Assembly (NCBI GenBank): GCA_964630595.1
Contig: CAZVVT010000001.1
Span: 568,813-632,812, forward strand
DNA: 64,000 nt
Source of the DNA: an uncultured bacterium
GTDB taxonomy: Bacteria; Chlamydiota; Chlamydiia; Chlamydiales; VFKH01
Direction of reading: 5' to 3'
Shown: in pieces, positions 22,120-31,317 of the stretch
How positions within the stretch are numbered: position 1 is the first letter of the stretch
How the letters are laid out: each line of letters opens with the position of its first letter
Notes under the pieces: model-generated
The model's database searches: none
What the model was told of the DNA's origin: nothing
The model's input: the letters and a program-made list of their open reading frames with translations, nothing else
Made by a program: the position numbers and the translations under genes

Positions 22120-22976
22120 TTCACTACGGCCCTATTCCAACTCTCGACGGCATTTTGATTGCTGACGCCAATGCCCCTTTTTTGCGCACTCCCGATCTGC
22201 TGCTGCCTGGTGGAGAAGAGTGCAAGACACGCGCATGGAAGGAGTACATCGAAGACTTTCTCGACGAACGCGCCTGTGGCCCTGAGACAACGCTCATCGC
22301 TTACGGCGGTGGATCCATTCTCGATTTAGTTGGCTTTACAGCAGCCACATGGTGCCGCGGGATCAACTTCCTTTCTGTGCCCACAACGCTGCTGGCGATG
22401 GTGGACGCATGCTATGGCGGCAAAACGGCGATCAACTCTGCGCGCGGAAAAAATCGCATCGGTGCTTTTTGGCCCGCGAAAGAGATCTATATCGACCCAC
22501 TTCTGCCCATGCCCGACTGGCTCATCGAAGAGGGGAGATCGGAGATGATCAAACACGCTCTCATCGCCTCTCCGACGCTCTTTGACAAGCTCGAAGCAGG
22601 CGAGCCTCACCACACACTCATCGAAGAAAACCTCGCGATCAAAAAACACTTATGCGAAACCAACCGCGATCTTCTCAATTTCGGCCACACAGTAGCCCAT
22701 GCAATCGAATCGCTCACCGATTACGAAATCTCACACGGCCACGCAGTGGGTCTTGGCCTACTTGCCGAGGCACATGCATGCGGGATGCCGCAATTAGAGC
22801 GTCTGCTCGCAATGACGCGCTGGGCCATGCCACAGCTATCTGTGGAGGCACTTCTCGATCAGATGCGCTACGACAAAAAAGCGAAAAATGGCATTCCACA
22901 CATATCTACGCACGAGGGTTTGCGTCCCATTGATCTACGAGAGTCTCTTACATGGCTATTAGAATCGGTGTCGTAA
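22116..22976 (+). CDS. aroB: 3-dehydroquinate synthase (short form)
   Basis: ATG 22116 overlaps the aroC TGA (ATGA). Motifs AYGGGSILDLVGF, PTTLLAMVDACYGGKTAIN, NFGHTVAHAIE. The track ORF extension from 21825 lies inside aroC. Confidence 0.88.
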   Translation: MIHYGPIPTLDGILIADANAPFLRTPDLLLPGGEECKTRAWKEYIEDFLDERACGPETTLIAYGGGSILDLVGFTAATWCRGINFLSVPTTLLAMVDACYGGKTAINSARGKNRIGAFWPAKEIYIDPLLPMPDWLIEEGRSEMIKHALIASPTLFDKLEAGEPHHTLIEENLAIKKHLCETNRDLLNFGHTVAHAIESLTDYEISHGHAVGLGLLAEAHACGMPQLERLLAMTRWAMPQLSVEALLDQMRYDKKAKNGIPHISTHEGLRPIDLRESLTWLLESVS

Positions 22977-24049
22977 ACGGTCCTGACCGCGAATCGATTC
23001 ACCGCCAAACAGCGAAGGCAGAAGCGCTCGCAGATTGGGTGGAGTGGCGGCTCGATCTCTTCGACACTCTCGATCTTGTGCGTCCGAAGAAGACCCTTCT
23101 TCTCACCGACAAAAAAACCGATCGTCTTCTTGCTGCCATTAAACGCTTTCAACCGGAATGGGTTGATCTCGATGTGCATCAAGGCCATTTGCGTTCACAA
23201 ATATCCTGCAAGGTGCTTGCCTCTACACATAGCAACGAAGAGCCTCCCTCCTTCGCTCACGACGCATTTAAGCGCGCTGCAGTCACCGAAAGTCCCATCG
23301 ATGCGCTGTCGTGTTTACCGATTGGTGAGCGCTCTTCTTTCGCACGCTTTCTCTATCCACTCGTCTATGCAGCGACAGAAACGCCCGTTGCTGTCGGACA
23401 ACCCACACTCGAAACCCTTTCACAGCTCGCTCTCGGCGGCACTCCTTACGGACTTCTCGGCAACCCCATTTCGCAAAGCATCAGCTTTGAAACGCACAAT
23501 CCCATTCTCAAGCCACTCAACGCGCTCTATGTGAAAATCTGTCTCGAAGAGCATGAGCTCGGCCCCTTCTTGCAGAAGGCAACGATGTTTGGCGGCTTCA
23601 GCGTGACCATTCCTTTCAAAGTGCGCATCATCCCTCATCTCCAAGGTCTACTGCCTTGTGCGCAACGTACAAGGGCTGTTAACACTCTCTTGCCCGGTTG
23701 GATTGGCGCAAACACTGACTATCTTGCGCTGCAAGAACTGCTTCCCCATGTGCCCAGCGTGCGCATCATCGGCAGAGGAGGGGCTGCTAAAGCCGCGCGC
23801 ACGGTGCTCGAAGATCGCGGCACGCCGATTCATGATGAGGGCTCTTATGTCATCAATGCCACGCCTGCTGACTACGCGTGCGACTTTGACATGCGCCTAC
23901 ACACGCCCACAGGACGGCAGCTCTTCGCACACCAGGCCGCGCACCAAATGCGCCTCTGGTTTGGCATCTATCCCTTGCAGCAGCTCCAGAGCGCGGCGCG
24001 CACCGTACGTAATGATGAGATCTGCACCGGCACGCTTGATCGCCGTTAA
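22952..24049 (+). CDS. aroE: Bifunctional 3-dehydroquinate dehydratase / shikimate 5-dehydrogenase
   Basis: N-terminal type I DHQase-like region, then AroE motifs GLLGNPISQSIS, GFSVTIPFK, AVNTLL, GANTDY, QAAHQMRLWFG. Confidence 0.8.
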   Translation: MAIRIGVVNGPDRESIHRQTAKAEALADWVEWRLDLFDTLDLVRPKKTLLLTDKKTDRLLAAIKRFQPEWVDLDVHQGHLRSQISCKVLASTHSNEEPPSFAHDAFKRAAVTESPIDALSCLPIGERSSFARFLYPLVYAATETPVAVGQPTLETLSQLALGGTPYGLLGNPISQSISFETHNPILKPLNALYVKICLEEHELGPFLQKATMFGGFSVTIPFKVRIIPHLQGLLPCAQRTRAVNTLLPGWIGANTDYLALQELLPHVPSVRIIGRGGAAKAARTVLEDRGTPIHDEGSYVINATPADYACDFDMRLHTPTGRQLFAHQAAHQMRLWFGIYPLQQLQSAARTVRNDEICTGTLDRR

Positions 24050-24952
24050 GCTCTCCATCAACACAGCATCTACATCCAGCCACGGCGCAGCGGCCTGAAT
24101 CATCGCCCACTCACCGCTCACATGATACGCAGCAATCGGCAAATGGCTGGCTTTACGAAGTGCCGCAATCACATCGAGATAGAGCGTGGCCGGCTTGACC
24201 ATCAAGATATCAGCGCCCTCTTGCTCATCGAGCTGCGCCTCCACCAAAGCATCGCGCGCATTGGCCGGATCCATCTGGTAGCTGCGCTTGTCGCCAAAGG
24301 CCAAATGCGACCGCAGCGCATCGCGAAAAGGCCCATACAAACCGCTGGCGTACTTGGCGGTGTAGGAGAGAATGATGACCTCTTGGTGGCCCGCCGCATC
24401 GAGCGCGCGACGAATCGCCCCCACACGCCCATCCATCATGTCGCTCGGCGCAATCACGTCGGCCCCCGCCTCCGCGAGCACCACGGCCATGCGCGCCAGC
24501 ACCTCTACCGTCTCGTCATTCAAAACTTTCTGCCCCTCTACCAGACCGTCATGACCATGCGGTGTGAAGGGATCGAGAGCTACATCCGCCACCACCATCA
24601 AATCGGGCAGCTGCTGCTTGAGTGCTCTGATTGCTCTCGGAATAAGCCCCTGGCTGTCCACGGCGTGCGCCACATCCTTGTGCCGAATCACGGGAAAGAG
24701 CGCCACGGCGCGTGCGCCCATCTCGTATAGCTCACTCGCTTCTTGCACCACCTCATCGATCGGAAGGCGAAATTGGCCGGGCAAACTTTCGATGGCGGAG
24801 CGTGGCTCATCGACCACAAAAAGGGGAGCAATGAGGTCAAAAGGCTGCACGCGCACCTCGCGCACCAGCGAGCGAATGGCTTCGTTTTGTCGTAAGCGTC
24901 TGGGTCTGCGTAACATGCACAGAATGATTCGCTTTTTGCCTGAAAAACTCAA
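23897..24952 (-). CDS. hemB: Porphobilinogen synthase (delta-aminolevulinate dehydratase), Asp-rich metal site
   Basis: RRPRRLRQNEAIRSLVRE, DVALDPFTPHGHDGL (Asp-rich, Zn-independent type), Schiff-base Lys in ILMVKPA. The true start may be ATG 24916. Confidence 0.92.
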   Translation of the reverse strand: MSFSGKKRIILCMLRRPRRLRQNEAIRSLVREVRVQPFDLIAPLFVVDEPRSAIESLPGQFRLPIDEVVQEASELYEMGARAVALFPVIRHKDVAHAVDSQGLIPRAIRALKQQLPDLMVVADVALDPFTPHGHDGLVEGQKVLNDETVEVLARMAVVLAEAGADVIAPSDMMDGRVGAIRRALDAAGHQEVIILSYTAKYASGLYGPFRDALRSHLAFGDKRSYQMDPANARDALVEAQLDEQEGADILMVKPATLYLDVIAALRKASHLPIAAYHVSGEWAMIQAAAPWLDVDAVLMESLTAIKRAGADLIITYGARRALELLQGIDAKPEAHLVRGLVCEELPSCGRV

Positions 24953-24974
24953 GGGGCGCTACCATGGCTTCACT

Positions 24975-26591
24975 ATGGATGAGTTCAGCGATGCCCAACG
25001 ACAAACCCTTCAACGGTATGTCACCAGCACGACAAGTAATATTTTTGCGCTGATGAACCTGCCTGAGGTGATCAAGGGGGCGCTCTTTTCGCGCTACTCT
25101 CGCTCCACGCTCGGCCTGCGCGCCCTGCTCATGAAGGAGTTCATCCAAAACGAGGAGACCAACTTCGACGCCATCGTGGGCGGCAAAGAGGTGGACGCGG
25201 AAGATCAGAAGTTCGCCATCCAGAAAGCGCAGAACTTCTACGACCGCATCCTTGATGGCTACGGCGACGACTCCATTGCCGAACTGGGCGGCGCCCACCT
25301 CGCTATCGAAAACGTCTCCATGATTGCGGCCAAACTGATCGAAGACAGCCGCATCGGCGGCTCTCCGCTGGAGAAATCCACTCGCTACATCTACTTCGAC
25401 CAGAAGGTCAATGGCGACTACCTCTTCTTTCGAGAGCCGGTGCTGATGACCTCCGCCTGGCGCACCCTCTATGTAGAGACGTGCAACTTTCTTTTCGAAA
25501 CCTACTCTGCGCTCATCCCGCCGCTCACAGCGATCTTTGAAGAGAAATTCCCCTACGATCCCGAGACGCCCAAAAGCGCCTACACAGCTGCGCTGCGCGC
25601 GAAGGTGCTCGACTGCCTGCGCGGCATCCTGCCCGCGTCCACAATGACCAACATGGGCATGTTCGGCAATGGGCGCTTCTTTGAGCAGCTCATCCACCGC
25701 CTGCGCTGCTCTCCTCTGGGCGAACTGCAAGATATCGCCGACAAATCCTACACGGAACTCGCCAAAGTGATTCCCTCTTTCATCTCGCGCGCTGACCGTG
25801 ACCACCGCCACCACCAAAGCTACGAAGCCTTCCGCGAGTCGATGAACAATGAGATCGAGATGGCTGCTGCGGAACATGAGGTAAAAGTGCCCTCGTCCGC
25901 CAAAGAACCGGGCGTGCGCCTCATCTACGCCGACAAAGATGGCCCTTCACGCGTCGCTGCAGCACTTCTCTGGGCGCGCATGGATCACCCTCTGCAAGCG
26001 CTCCAGCAATACACCGCTTCTCTGAGCGACGAAGAGCTCGCCAAAATTCTTGAAACGGGTTGTAGCCAGCGGGAAAACCGCCGCCAAAAATCCCCCCGCG
26101 CGCTGGAACACGCCACATTCACTTTCGAAATCGTCGGCGACTTCGGCATGTACCGCGACCTCCACCGCCACCGCATGCTCACGCAAGAGCGTCAGTTCCT
26201 CTCCTGCGACTACGGCTACTGGGTCCCCAGCGAAATCGTCGGCACCGATCTGGAAGGCCCCTATATCGAAGCGATGGAGCGCGCCAAAAAAGCCTACGAC
26301 TCGATCGCCACCGACTTCCCCGAAGAGGGCCAATACATCGTCCCCATGGCGTACAACGTTCGTTGGTACTTCCACGTCAACCTCCGTTCTCTGCAATGGC
26401 TCTGCGAACTGCGCTCTGCTGCCGCCGGCCACCCCACCTACCGCTTCGTTGCGCAAGAGATGGCAAAACAGGTCTGTGCTGCCTTTCCCGCTTTCGAACG
26501 CTACTTCGCCTTCGTCGACTATGACGGCTACACCATGGGCCGCATGAGCCAAGAAATCCGCCGCGCCACCAAGAAGGAAGCCGCCGTCTAG
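24975..26591 (+). CDS. thyX: Flavin-dependent thymidylate synthase, long chlamydial-type form
   Basis: FSRYSRS and YRDLHRHRM (ThyX RHR motif). About 538 aa from MDEFSDAQRQ. The upstream part of the 24564 ORF is antisense to hemB. Confidence 0.88.
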   Translation: MDEFSDAQRQTLQRYVTSTTSNIFALMNLPEVIKGALFSRYSRSTLGLRALLMKEFIQNEETNFDAIVGGKEVDAEDQKFAIQKAQNFYDRILDGYGDDSIAELGGAHLAIENVSMIAAKLIEDSRIGGSPLEKSTRYIYFDQKVNGDYLFFREPVLMTSAWRTLYVETCNFLFETYSALIPPLTAIFEEKFPYDPETPKSAYTAALRAKVLDCLRGILPASTMTNMGMFGNGRFFEQLIHRLRCSPLGELQDIADKSYTELAKVIPSFISRADRDHRHHQSYEAFRESMNNEIEMAAAEHEVKVPSSAKEPGVRLIYADKDGPSRVAAALLWARMDHPLQALQQYTASLSDEELAKILETGCSQRENRRQKSPRALEHATFTFEIVGDFGMYRDLHRHRMLTQERQFLSCDYGYWVPSEIVGTDLEGPYIEAMERAKKAYDSIATDFPEEGQYIVPMAYNVRWYFHVNLRSLQWLCELRSAAAGHPTYRFVAQEMAKQVCAAFPAFERYFAFVDYDGYTMGRMSQEIRRATKKEAAV

Positions 26592-26593
26592 AC

Positions 26594-27163
26594 TTACATC
26601 ACGCTACAGTCACAGCACCGATCTGGATCACGACGATTTCTCTCTGCTGCAATCTGAGCCGCCACTTGCAGAATCGCTGCGTTAATGAATGCTAAGATGG
26701 CTTTATCACGCTTTCTCGCCACCCCACTGCAGAATCCGACATCCCCAGGACGTTCCCGAGTTCCGTCAAGAGTAAACCCAGTGAGACACGGCCGAACCAA
26801 TTCAGCCATTCTGCTCAATCCCTCTAAAGCAACATATGGTGGCTGCGTCGTAATCAGTCTCACTACTTCAGCATGCAGGACTTCTGGCGAGGGATGTATA
26901 TGGTAGTGCGTAATATGGATCGTTCCATCCGCTTCTTCTTTCATCGTAACGCCACGAGGTCGAGCAGGGGGCACTCCTCTATTTGGATATACACCAGTTA
27001 AACGCAAGGATCTTTGAGCAGCAGGAGCTCTTATCTCAACAAGAACTGCTATGCTCCTTCCCCCTTTAGCCTCTCCTTTAGCCTCTCCTACAGCTCGTGG
27101 ATCGTCCACCCTTTCCGTTCTCCTTGCTTCACGAGATGCATAAAAGTTAGTCGCTGCTGCCAT
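26594..27163 (-). CDS. Hypothetical protein
   Basis: 189-aa ORF with GC below the local average. Contains a 12-bp x2 tandem repeat encoding GEAKGEAKG. No recognisable motifs. Confidence 0.4.
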   Translation of the reverse strand: MAAATNFYASREARRTERVDDPRAVGEAKGEAKGGRSIAVLVEIRAPAAQRSLRLTGVYPNRGVPPARPRGVTMKEEADGTIHITHYHIHPSPEVLHAEVVRLITTQPPYVALEGLSRMAELVRPCLTGFTLDGTRERPGDVGFCSGVARKRDKAILAFINAAILQVAAQIAAERNRRDPDRCCDCSVM

Positions 27164-27230
27164 ATAAACCCTTTATTAAAAAACCCAATATAGTTTAATT
27201 CAGCAGACCATTTTTTCTACATTCATAAGG

Positions 27231-27349
27231 AATTTTTCTTTATTGCGAGAGGGTTGCATACTGTCTCGGCGTATGAGGACGGGTTCGGTTTTAGGGGCGG
27301 CACTGCTGGTGGCGGAGACGACGATTGGTGCGAGGATGTTGGCGCTGCC
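27231..27349 (+). pseudogene. Orphan duplicate of the tyrP-1 leader plus first 25 codons
   Basis: Matches 28026-28143. Identical aatttttctttatt leader start, then MRTGSVLGAALLVAETTIGARMLAL versus MRTGSVLGAALLVAGTTIGAGMLAL (72/77 nt in the coding part). Diverges completely after codon 26. Confidence 0.9.
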
Positions 27350-27392
27350 ATTTATTAGCGCTGCGTCCACATATTTACTGACAAAACCTCTC

Positions 27393-27941
27393 TCAAAGAG
27401 GCCCATCGTAATCTCTACACTCCAGAGAGCGTCCGCCGCCTAAAAGCGATATCTTATTCAAGACCTCTTGGATTTCAGTATGAATAGAACATCGAGATGA
27501 ATCTAAAATAAGATCGTAATCAAAACCTAGACTTGTAGGGGTTTGGAAAACTTCTGCAAAGGTTTTTTCCACATACGTGCGCGCGTAATAAGCTCTCTTT
27601 GTTGATCGCTGCAATAGAGCAGCTCTTTTAGCATCTCTTTCGAGAAGTTTTGGCAAAGGGGCATATACTAAAACATACAGTTCATTTTCCTGATTTGCCC
27701 TTCGCCAAGGGATTTGAGTGTCAACTATGAGATTTCGATTTTGCGATTGAAAAGAGAGAATAGTTTTCTCAATCAGCTCATCTGCTCCTTCTTCAGTGCA
27801 ACAATTGTTTTCAATCAACTCATCGCAATCTAAGTAACTCCATGAGAGGCCTAGTTCTTGAATGAGAGCTTTAGACAACGTAGATTTCCCCCCACAAGAA
27901 GGTCCAAATACAAAAATTATCGAAGCTAAGAAAAAAAGCAT
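27393..27941 (-). CDS. P-loop kinase, chloramphenicol-phosphotransferase-like (CPT) fold; cargo of AT-rich islet 3
   Basis: Walker A VFGPSCGGKSTLSKAL, LIVDT, YVLVYAPLPKLLERDAKR (parallels the CPT layout). ATG 27941 has a GGGGAG SD-like sequence upstream. A sampled line is about 33 percent GC. Confidence 0.6.
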   Translation of the reverse strand: MLFFLASIIFVFGPSCGGKSTLSKALIQELGLSWSYLDCDELIENNCCTEEGADELIEKTILSFQSQNRNLIVDTQIPWRRANQENELYVLVYAPLPKLLERDAKRAALLQRSTKRAYYARTYVEKTFAEVFQTPTSLGFDYDLILDSSRCSIHTEIQEVLNKISLLGGGRSLECRDYDGPL

Positions 27942-28066
27942 TGGCCTGCTCCCCAAAAATCGGGCCAAATAGAATTCAAGAGAGCAAAGCTAGGCCCAGC
28001 TATCCTTTATGTCAATGGGAGTAGTAATTTTTCTTTATTAGTGTGAACTGTATACTGCTTGGGCGT

Positions 28067-29143
28067 ATGAGGACGGGTTCGGTTTTAGGAGCGGCGCTGC
28101 TGGTGGCGGGGACGACGATTGGGGCGGGGATGTTGGCGCTGCCGACGGTGCTCGGGCCAGCGGGGTTTTGGCCATCGGCGGGAGTGCTAGCGGTCTACTG
28201 GCTCTTGAGCTACTTCTGCGGGCAGATGTTCATTGCGGTGACGCTGGCCTTTGAAGAGCCAGTGAATCTGCATAGCATGGTGAAGGCGACGCTGGGGCGC
28301 GGCGGAGAGATCCTCTGCTGGGTGCTCTATTTGGGGCTGCTCTATTCTCTGACCGCGGCCTACTTGTCAGGCGGTCATGCCATTGTGAAATCATTGACCG
28401 GCATCGAGCCTACGGTATTGTTGGTGGTCTTCGGCGCGGTGATTGCCATGGGCGCTTTTGCCGTTGATTGGGTCAATCGCGTTTTCATGGTCGGTTTGGT
28501 GGTGGCCTATGTGATGCTGATCGGTGCGATGGCGCCCAAACTCGACTTGTCGCTGCTTTCGCGCACCAACGGTTCGATGGTCTGGCTGGCGCTGCCGACG
28601 GTAGTTACATCGTTTGGATACCAGATCATCATTCCCACTCTGTCGCAGTACTTGCACCGCGATCGCAAGAAAATCCACAGAGCCGTCTTGTGGGGCAGCT
28701 TGAGCGGCCTGATCGTCTATCTGATTTTCCAGTTCATCATGCTCGGATCGGTAACACCGGAGCAAGTCGCCTTTGCACAGAAAGCGGGTGAGCCCATTTT
28801 GCCATCGACGATCGCCGTGGCCTTTTCTTTCTTTGCGATCATCACCTCTTTGCTAGGTGTGAGCTTGTCGCTCAGAGATTTTCTCGGTGACGCCTTCCGA
28901 ATGAAGAACAGAGCGATTCCTGTTGTGCTGACCTTCTTGCCACCGCTGCTCTTTGCAATACTGATCCCGCGCGCGTTTTTGATTGCGCTGGATTGGGCCG
29001 GCATCATCGTCTGCCTGCTTTTGGGGCTGATGCCCGTTGCTCTTGTGCTGCGCAAAAAGCTTCCTGGATGGCGTGCGAAGGCAGCTGTTGTTGTCATCGG
29101 TTACACGGCAACCATCATTGCTGACTGGGTACAACGCTTATGA
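28067..29143 (+). CDS. tyrP: Aromatic amino acid (Tyr/Trp) permease, HAAAP family, copy 1
   Basis: MRTGSVLGAALLVAGTTIGAGMLALP N-terminus, about 11 hydrophobic segments. ATG 28067 is preferred over GTG 28043. Confidence 0.85.
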   Translation: MRTGSVLGAALLVAGTTIGAGMLALPTVLGPAGFWPSAGVLAVYWLLSYFCGQMFIAVTLAFEEPVNLHSMVKATLGRGGEILCWVLYLGLLYSLTAAYLSGGHAIVKSLTGIEPTVLLVVFGAVIAMGAFAVDWVNRVFMVGLVVAYVMLIGAMAPKLDLSLLSRTNGSMVWLALPTVVTSFGYQIIIPTLSQYLHRDRKKIHRAVLWGSLSGLIVYLIFQFIMLGSVTPEQVAFAQKAGEPILPSTIAVAFSFFAIITSLLGVSLSLRDFLGDAFRMKNRAIPVVLTFLPPLLFAILIPRAFLIALDWAGIIVCLLLGLMPVALVLRKKLPGWRAKAAVVVIGYTATIIADWVQRL

Positions 29144-30285
29144 AACGAATGATCGGAGCAACGCTGTTGGTCGCCGGCACCGCCATCGGCGCGGGCATGC
29201 TCGCATTGCCTGTGGCTACAGCGCAGGGCGGTTTTCTCGCCTCAGCGGCAGTCTTTATCGGCGTCTGGTTTGTTACGCTTATCTCCGCATTCTTAGTGCT
29301 CGAGGCGTGCTTGTGGTTGCCCGGTGAAGTGAATCTGGTTTCGTTGAGTCGCGCAACACTGGGGCGCGCGTGCGCTGCCGTTGTGTGGGTGCTCTTCTTG
29401 TTGCTGCTCTACTCGCTCACTGCGGCCTATCTCTCCGGCAGCGGCTCTATCATCAATTCTGCATTGCACGGCCTCTTCGGCATCACACTGCCGCATGAAG
29501 TGCAGGTGCTCATTCCGTTGATCCTGCTCTCGCCCTTTGTGGTCCTGGGCACCAGCACCGTCGATCTCTTCAACCGCATCCTCATGATCGGTCTCATCGG
29601 CACCTACCTTGTTTTGGTGGGCGCTGCGACACCACGCGTCGATCAACTCTCCGCCGGCCACTTCGCCCCACTCTTCGGCGCCCTGCCCGTTATCGTCACT
29701 TCGTTCGGCTTCCACGTCGTGATTCCCTCCCTGACCTCTTACCTGAAACATGACCGCCGCAAGTTGCAGTGGGCCATCTTCTGGGGCAGCCTTCTGGCCC
29801 TGTTCGTCTACCTTGCGTGGGAGGCCATCGTCTTCGGCGTCGTGCCGATAGAGGGGCTCCTGGATGTGCAAGCACGCGGCGTTCCCGTCACTGATGCCCT
29901 GGCCGCTCTGACTGGCAAGCCGTGGATCCAAACCTCCGCCATCCTCTTCTCCTTCTTCGCCATTGTCACCTCCTTCCTGGGGCTTTCGCTCAGCCTCTTT
30001 AGCTTCCTCCGTGACGGCACCCAGCACCGCTTTGGCAAGATCCGCATCGCCCTGCTTACCTTCCTCCCGCCCCTGCTCTTCGCCCAGCTCTTTCCCAAAG
30101 GCTTCATCCTTGCCCTGGAGTACGCCGGCGTCATCGTCGCCCTCATCTCCGGCATCCTGCCCGCCTTCATGGTCTGGAAGGGGAGGAGGCACTTTAGCGG
30201 CTGGCGCCTCGGCGGCGGCAAGCTGGTCCTCATCGCTCTGATTCTGCTATCATTCGTGGTAGCTATTTCGGACCTGCTGAAATAA
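29140..30285 (+). CDS. tyrP: Aromatic amino acid (Tyr/Trp) permease, HAAAP family, copy 2
   Basis: MKRMIGATLLVAGTAIGAGMLALP. Paralog of the preceding gene, with an ATGA start/stop overlap. Confidence 0.85.
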   Translation: MKRMIGATLLVAGTAIGAGMLALPVATAQGGFLASAAVFIGVWFVTLISAFLVLEACLWLPGEVNLVSLSRATLGRACAAVVWVLFLLLLYSLTAAYLSGSGSIINSALHGLFGITLPHEVQVLIPLILLSPFVVLGTSTVDLFNRILMIGLIGTYLVLVGAATPRVDQLSAGHFAPLFGALPVIVTSFGFHVVIPSLTSYLKHDRRKLQWAIFWGSLLALFVYLAWEAIVFGVVPIEGLLDVQARGVPVTDALAALTGKPWIQTSAILFSFFAIVTSFLGLSLSLFSFLRDGTQHRFGKIRIALLTFLPPLLFAQLFPKGFILALEYAGVIVALISGILPAFMVWKGRRHFSGWRLGGGKLVLIALILLSFVVAISDLLK

Positions 30286-30377
30286 CTCAAGAAAAGTCGT
30301 CATTCCTGCACAAGTGACTTTTATTATTTAGCCATCTCATAATGCTCAGGACTTACTTGTTATTTTGGGAGGGTTTT

Positions 30378-31277
30378 ATGGCTGCAGTAGCTAGAAGTTT
30401 TGGTAGAGTAGCAGCAGGTTTCGCTAGTGCGGGTGCAAGCTCTATGGTGTTTGGCCGAAGGGTCTTCCATTGCGCCAGCGGAAAAAGCTGCGAGAGGATA
30501 GACATCACTGGCTCGATTACTTCAACAAATGACGACCTCAATCTAACTCGTGTTGTCGCGTCACAAGTTAACGGCAAAAACGTCGGGCTCTCGCTTTCGG
30601 CAGTCCTTTCGGACGTTACTGCCAAGGGGAACGTCAGGCTCTGGAATTCAACTGTCGACGGAAATGTTCTTGCTTCGGGAAACGTTACTTTTGAAAACTC
30701 CCGCTGCAATAGCAGGGTTGAAGTCGCGGGTTCTGTAACCTTACTCGATCACAGTCGGATTGGCTCTGGTTCTTCTGATGAAGCTTTTACGATAACAGAC
30801 TCTGCTGTCGATACTAGTTTCATTGCACAAGGCCCTGTAAAAGCCTGTCGCGCATCCATTTCTGGCCGGATTGTGTCTGAAGGAGAGCTACAGTTGGAGT
30901 GTTGCCACGTAGGTTCCGCAGCAGCACCATCGATGAGCATCAAAAAATCCACAATTTATGGTGATGTATCCACCGAAGTAGCAAGGATTTTCTTCTCTAG
31001 TATTCGCGGTACGCTTCGTTGTCGCCAATCAACTCTTGAACTCAAGGGCTGCACTATCAAAAATATTCATATCGCAGCTCCTCTCGAGAGCACCGAGGAG
31101 CTAACCGATAACGGAAAGCATGCGATTCGCGTCTTCTTAAGTGATGAGACAACAGTTGATAGTATAACTTTTGCTTCTGACTGTTGGGGAACCATTTATG
31201 CAACAAAAACAACAGCTACAGTTAAAAAGGTCGTCAACGGGCATTTCAATCTTTTTTGGGCTCTCTTTGCGCCATAA
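30378..31277 (+). CDS. Hypothetical beta-helix (bactofilin-like repeat) protein; cargo of islet 4
   Basis: ATG 30378 preceded by GGGAGG. Repeats such as VTAKGNVRLWNSTVDGNVLASGNVTFENSRCNSRVEVAGSVTLLD resemble polymer-forming bactofilin/DUF583 windings. Confidence 0.5.
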   Translation: MAAVARSFGRVAAGFASAGASSMVFGRRVFHCASGKSCERIDITGSITSTNDDLNLTRVVASQVNGKNVGLSLSAVLSDVTAKGNVRLWNSTVDGNVLASGNVTFENSRCNSRVEVAGSVTLLDHSRIGSGSSDEAFTITDSAVDTSFIAQGPVKACRASISGRIVSEGELQLECCHVGSAAAPSMSIKKSTIYGDVSTEVARIFFSSIRGTLRCRQSTLELKGCTIKNIHIAAPLESTEELTDNGKHAIRVFLSDETTVDSITFASDCWGTIYATKTTATVKKVVNGHFNLFWALFAP

Positions 31278-31284
31278 ACCGTCT

Positions 31285-31317
31285 TTTGTGGTAGCCATTG
31301 CGGACCTACTGAAATAA
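31285..31317 (+). repeat. Orphan duplicate of the tyrP-2 3' end (10 codons + TAA)
   Basis: 29/33 nt identical to 30253-30285; FVVAIADLLK* versus FVVAISDLLK*. The 10-mer agtcgtcatt is also shared at 30295-30304 and 31335-31344. Confidence 0.8.

Noticed and set aside
24564-24974. N-terminal 137-aa extension of the thyX ORF
   Set aside because: This segment is antisense to the hemB 5' region and Ser/Thr/Arg-rich. The ThyX homology begins at MDEFSDAQRQ (24975).
24837-25877. 346-aa minus-strand ORF opposite thyX, and similar long antisense ORFs at 29293-30192, 19817-20626 and 32806-33642
   Set aside because: Each lies wholly inside a confidently identified gene on the other strand (thyX, tyrP-2, aroA, uvrB) and shows no family features.
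27064-27087. Short tandem repeat considered as a possible CRISPR or other array
   Set aside because: Only two 12-bp units, with no spacers, inside an ORF. No CRISPR-like array exists anywhere in the window.
28026-28066. Sigma-66-type promoter call in the duplicated tyrP leader (tatact at about 28051)
   Set aside because: There is a plausible -10-like hexamer but no convincing -35 at proper spacing, so it is not reported as a feature. It is mentioned only as a hypothesis for the antisense idea.
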